Part shown: positions 60,734-64,000 of the stretch, piece after piece | Layout: the number at the start of each line of letters is the position of its first letter | How positions within the stretch are numbered: position 1 is the first letter of the stretch | DNA from: Candidatus Nomurabacteria bacterium | Lineage (GTDB): Bacteria; Patescibacteriota; Minisyncoccia; Phycocordibacterales; UBA9973 | Assembly (NCBI GenBank): GCA_052035405.1 | Contig: JBPOHQ010000006.1 | Coordinates: 8,039-72,038 of the forward strand | Reading direction: 5' to 3' | DNA length: 64,000 nt | Made by a program: the position numbers and the translations under genes | Notes under the pieces: model-generated | What the model was told of the DNA's origin: nothing | The model's database searches: none | What the model saw: the letters and a program-made list of their open reading frames with translations, nothing else

Positions 60734-62623
60734 ATGAATACAGGTATAGAATCTTGGAAAAATCTTTTAACCTATGCATATAATGCTTTTTCTATTCCTT
60801 TATTATTAAACACACTTTTTTCTCCTTGGAAAAATGATACTGCAAAAGATGCTCATTTTTCTTTTGTTGAACGCATCGTGTACGCTATTTTTTCTAGAGT
60901 TTTAGGGTTTGTTGCTCGGATCCTTTTAATATGCGTTGGACTTATTTTTTCATTTTTAGTTATGCTTACGTATCCGATATTTTTACTTTTACCGATAAAG
61001 ATAAGTCGTGAATCTCTGGAGTCTCTGGGTAGCATTGGAGCAGAATTATCCTATGGTGATACATACCATTTAAATCGGTATGGCCATGATATCAGTGGTG
61101 CAAGGGATTTAAAACTATATGGTAAAGAAAAAGCATTTCGTATGATTGAGCGAGCGCTCTCTAAAGACAATAATCACAATGTTCTTTTGGTGGGGGATAT
61201 CGGTGTCGGTAAAGATACGCTGATAGATCATCTGGGTAAGCTTGGTCAATCAGGGCTTTCGTTTAGAGGTATTCATCATCACCGTGTCGTAGAGCTTCCG
61301 CTTGAAAATATAACATTAGAAGATTTTGATAAGTCTCTTGTAGAAGCAAAGGCTGCCGGGAATGTCATTTTAGTTTTAAAAAATATTCATGCATACGAAT
61401 CCCTATATGAAAGATTGCTCCCTTATTTGAATACATCTCATTTGGCTATCATTGCAACAACTGATTTTTCTGATTATGATCGAGTTTTAAAAATGCATCC
61501 AGAATTTCTCTCAAAATTTGAGAAAGTAGATATATTGGCAACTAGCACAGAAGAGACATTTGAAATACTTGTAAACTACTCAGTACTCCATCACGTGCAT
61601 GTAAAAAAAGAAGTACTCAAAGAATTAGTAGGACTCGCTGATCGATTTATTGCAAACCAATCCCAGCCTTTAAAATCGATTTTGATAGTGGACGAATTAC
61701 GAGCGTTGGGGAGAGACATTACCACAGAAGACGTACGACAAATTATTTCTGACAAGACCAATATTCCGATAGGTGCTCTTGGTGCTGATGAACGTAAAGT
61801 TCTCGTCGAACTCGAAGAGACTATGAGAAGTAAAATCATCGGACAAGATGAAGCGGTTAAAGATGTATCTGAAGCACTCAGACGTTTACGTACAGGAGTC
61901 GCTGATCCATCAAAACCTGCAGGAAGTTTTCTTTTCTTGGGTCCGACTGGAGTAGGTAAGACATACACTGCAAAGATTTTAGCTGAGAGTTATTTTGGCA
62001 GAAAAGACTCTATGATTCGTTTTGATATGAGTGAATTTTCTCAACCTGATGCAACAGTACTTTTTGCCGAGAGACTTGGCTCTGTAATAGAAGAGAACCC
62101 TTTATCACTCGTATTCTTTGACGAGCTCGAAAAAGCTCACAGGACTATTCATCAACTTCTCCTGCAAGTACTCGACGAGGGACGTATGACTCGAGAGAAT
62201 GGTCGTGTGGCAAATTTTAGAGATGCTATAATCATCGCCACCTCGAACGCCGGCAGTGCCCAAATAATAGAGAATCCAAATATAGATAAAAAGAATTTAA
62301 TTGATACATTGATTAAAAACAATACCTACGCACCAGAATTTTTAAATCGTTTTAGTGGCATTATTCTTTTCAAACCGCTTTCCACAAAAGAGGCGAGAGA
62401 GATATCTTCATTATTACTTTCAGAACTTTCAGAAAGAATTTTAAAAGACAAAGGAGTAAAACTCGAAGTAACTGATGCACTCATAGACCACGTCGCTTCT
62501 GCAGGGTTTGATCCAGACTTCGGAGCAAGGCCTATTAAGCGTGCAATAGAAGAAATCGTAGAGAATAAAATAGCTGACTATATAATCAAAGGAGAGACGA
62601 GTGGCACTATTAAAATTATGTAA
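60734..62623 (+). CDS. Membrane-anchored ClpB/ClpC-like double-AAA+ protein with a degenerate first nucleotide-binding domain
   Basis: N-terminal TM helices. The D1-like region has GDIGVGKD (Walker A Lys-Asp instead of Lys-Ser/Thr). D2 reads IIGQDEAVKDVSEALRRLRTGVADPSKPAGSFLFLGPTGVGKTYTAKILAE...NFRDAIIIATSN, close to ClpB D2. Confidence 0.75.
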   Translation: MNTGIESWKNLLTYAYNAFSIPLLLNTLFSPWKNDTAKDAHFSFVERIVYAIFSRVLGFVARILLICVGLIFSFLVMLTYPIFLLLPIKISRESLESLGSIGAELSYGDTYHLNRYGHDISGARDLKLYGKEKAFRMIERALSKDNNHNVLLVGDIGVGKDTLIDHLGKLGQSGLSFRGIHHHRVVELPLENITLEDFDKSLVEAKAAGNVILVLKNIHAYESLYERLLPYLNTSHLAIIATTDFSDYDRVLKMHPEFLSKFEKVDILATSTEETFEILVNYSVLHHVHVKKEVLKELVGLADRFIANQSQPLKSILIVDELRALGRDITTEDVRQIISDKTNIPIGALGADERKVLVELEETMRSKIIGQDEAVKDVSEALRRLRTGVADPSKPAGSFLFLGPTGVGKTYTAKILAESYFGRKDSMIRFDMSEFSQPDATVLFAERLGSVIEENPLSLVFFDELEKAHRTIHQLLLQVLDEGRMTRENGRVANFRDAIIIATSNAGSAQIIENPNIDKKNLIDTLIKNNTYAPEFLNRFSGIILFKPLSTKEAREISSLLLSELSERILKDKGVKLEVTDALIDHVASAGFDPDFGARPIKRAIEEIVENKIADYIIKGETSGTIKIM

Positions 62624-63455
62624 AAAAATAAGCGGCCTTTTGAGCCGCATTTGAAGGTGAGTGTTTAATTTTTTGTTTTGTATGCTCCTAGAGAAATGAG
62701 CACAAGGAGTATCTGGAGAACCCCTTTTACGGCTCCCAAACCACCCCGAAAGAAGGCTTTTGCTAATAGTCTAAGCATAGTTAAAGAATTTTTGTTACCT
62801 TACCTTATATTTTAGTTTTTGTAAATGCTACATATATGGTAAAATGTAGGTACTTAGTTTTATAGCTAATTTATCCTTATATCTCTTTATGTTATATAGG
62901 TTTTTCACTATCGTCATAGACGGGAAGGGCGAAGCCGTGTGTTATCTAGAGAGGGTTGACTTTTTGTCTTAAATATGCTATATTACTGAAGTTAAAAATG
63001 TATCTTGACAAAAGAGCGTTTAGCTGGTCTTTTCCATCTACAGCTCCATAGCATTTATTAAAACGAGAAAAACTCGTTTACTTATGTTTATCTTAATGAT
63101 AAGCAGTTCTTGTCAGAGCATATCTCTGACACTATGTTAGTTTACTGAAAAAGCGAATTGCATGAGAAAAAGTTTTAAGAAAAACAGAAGCAGAAAAAAT
63201 AATTTTACACTCTTGAATTATTTTTTCTGCTTCTGTATTAAATGGAGCGGACAATAAATTTTGAAACTCCCTAAGACTTGTCGAAGGGATTAAGATATAG
63301 CAGAAAAGTTTTTACGAAAACTTTTCTGCGAGATTAAGCCCACTTGATTTCTGTCCTCCGTTACCTTTCGTGATGGAAAATAATCCTATAACGGATTGCA
63401 TTAATCATTTGGGCATAAAAAATTTTTTTCCATCACTACTTAAACTTTTCTAAAC

Positions 63456-64000
63456 ATGCGACAAAAAATCGCTTTCTTCTTGACCGCGTTCCTGATGATC
63501 CTCGTAACTGAGGGGAGGTTGAGCGCACAAACTATTACAGTACACACCACGCCGACCGAGTGTTTCGGTCCGTGCGTTGGCACTGCTCAGATTATAGGAT
63601 TATGTCCGGAAATCGTTGCGACCTATACATGGTCCGATGGAGTGGTGACTACGGTCCCACACCGCGATAGCTTGTGTGCAGGGGATTATTCCGTTTATAT
63701 TAACTCGAATAATTGTCTCTGTATTACAGTTCATTTTACTGTTTGGACTAACCAAGTTTATCTGGGAATAACTAAACAAAATCTGACTTGTAACAAATTG
63801 GGTTCTGCTGAAGTAACCGGCGTGGCGAACGCTACTTGGCCGTACACCTATCAATGGTCCGGCCCGAACGGCTTCCACGCAACCACACCGGCTATTTCGA
63901 ATTTGCAGCCAGGTATCTACACCGTGACACTTACCGAGAAAAATGGCTGTACCGCTACAGAAGAAGTTGAAATCGTGAATCAAGTAACGATTATCAACTT
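63456..64000 (+). CDS. SprB-repeat (Bacteroidetes gliding/T9SS-type) cell-surface protein, 5' fragment truncated by the window end. Compositionally foreign (G+C-rich).
   Basis: Signal peptide MRQKIAFFLTAFLMILVTEGRLSAQ. Repeat LTCNKLGSAEVTGVANATWPYTYQWSGPNGFHATTPAISNLQPGIYTVTLTEKNGCTATEEVEIVNQ matches the SprB repeat architecture (C..G....PYTY.W......T..I.NL..G.YTVTVTD.NGC). Open to the window end. Not in the ORF track because it has no stop. Confidence 0.6.
   Translation, partial: MRQKIAFFLTAFLMILVTEGRLSAQTITVHTTPTECFGPCVGTAQIIGLCPEIVATYTWSDGVVTTVPHRDSLCAGDYSVYINSNNCLCITVHFTVWTNQVYLGITKQNLTCNKLGSAEVTGVANATWPYTYQWSGPNGFHATTPAISNLQPGIYTVTLTEKNGCTATEEVEIVNQVTIIN

Noticed and set aside
60276-60735. 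Track ORFs 60276-60536 (+) and 60529-60735 (-)
   Set aside because: They overlap the RNase P RNA gene and its promoter and the GC-rich structured element. They have no coding features or homologs recognisable by eye and are spurious.
62628-62652. Possible terminator after the ClpB-like gene (GCGGC-CTTTTGA-GCCGC)
   Set aside because: The stem is only 5 bp and the downstream T-run is weak, which is insufficient for a confident call.
63600-63983. Minus-strand 127-aa ORF
   Set aside because: It is antisense to the much better-supported plus-strand SprB-repeat reading frame, which is open from 63456 to the window end, and is a shadow ORF in GC-rich DNA.

Overview
This 64 kb window is an AT-rich, tightly packed, mostly housekeeping segment from a small-genome bacterium. 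The gene content and the unusually short aminoacyl-tRNA synthetases point to a Candidate Phyla Radiation / Patescibacteria-like organism; that lineage call is inference only. From 5' to 3' the window contains:

- **Type IV pilus locus (1-8472):** PilB (truncated at the window start), a CheY-like receiver, PilT, PilC, two major-pilin paralogs, the prepilin peptidase PilD, three minor pilins and a PilX-like protein.
- **Ligase block (8480-12050):** LigA, a small zinc-ribbon protein, a convergent 375-aa protein with a beta-carbonic-anhydrase-like zinc motif, and tRNA-Ser(GGA).
- **13-22 kb:** TruB, TerC, an odd terminator-bounded unit, a UvrD-helicase/Cas4-like Fe-S nuclease fusion, TrhO, PheS and PheT.
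- **22-36 kb:** GyrB; ThrS on the minus strand, preceded by what reads as a Thr T-box leader; L32; a NusB-NUDIX fusion; RNase III; a short SMC; a D-Ala-D-Ala carboxypeptidase-CapA fusion; RNase R; and a secreted protein built from perfect 36-bp tandem repeats (YLTPADY).
- **36-47 kb:** S16, a KH protein, TrmD, a consensus sigma-70 promoter, then RpoB, RpoC, DnaG and RpoD.
- **Redox / polysaccharide cluster (47.5-50.7 kb):** DsbA-like protein, a Cys-rich DUF378 protein, a QxxRW GT2 synthase and a membrane thioredoxin-like protein.
- **50.7-60 kb:** tRNA-Thr(UGU), EF-Ts, S2, ProS, MreB, MreC, Tgt, SpeA, a DUF192 protein and an FN3-like surface protein.
- **60-62.6 kb:** an unannotated RNase P RNA on the minus strand (two track ORFs over it are spurious), a compact GC-rich structured element, and a membrane-anchored ClpB-like AAA+ protein with a degenerate first nucleotide-binding domain.
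- **Window end (62.6-64.0 kb):** an approximately 800-bp ORF-free stretch with perfect 21-bp and 13-bp palindromes and a consensus promoter, followed by an abruptly GC-rich (about 50% by eye) 5' fragment of a Bacteroidetes-type SprB-repeat surface protein.

That last boundary is the strongest candidate for something foreign or novel, or alternatively a chimeric assembly, and it continues past the window. No CRISPR array, integrase or transposase was seen. All calls are read from the sequence; no searches were run.
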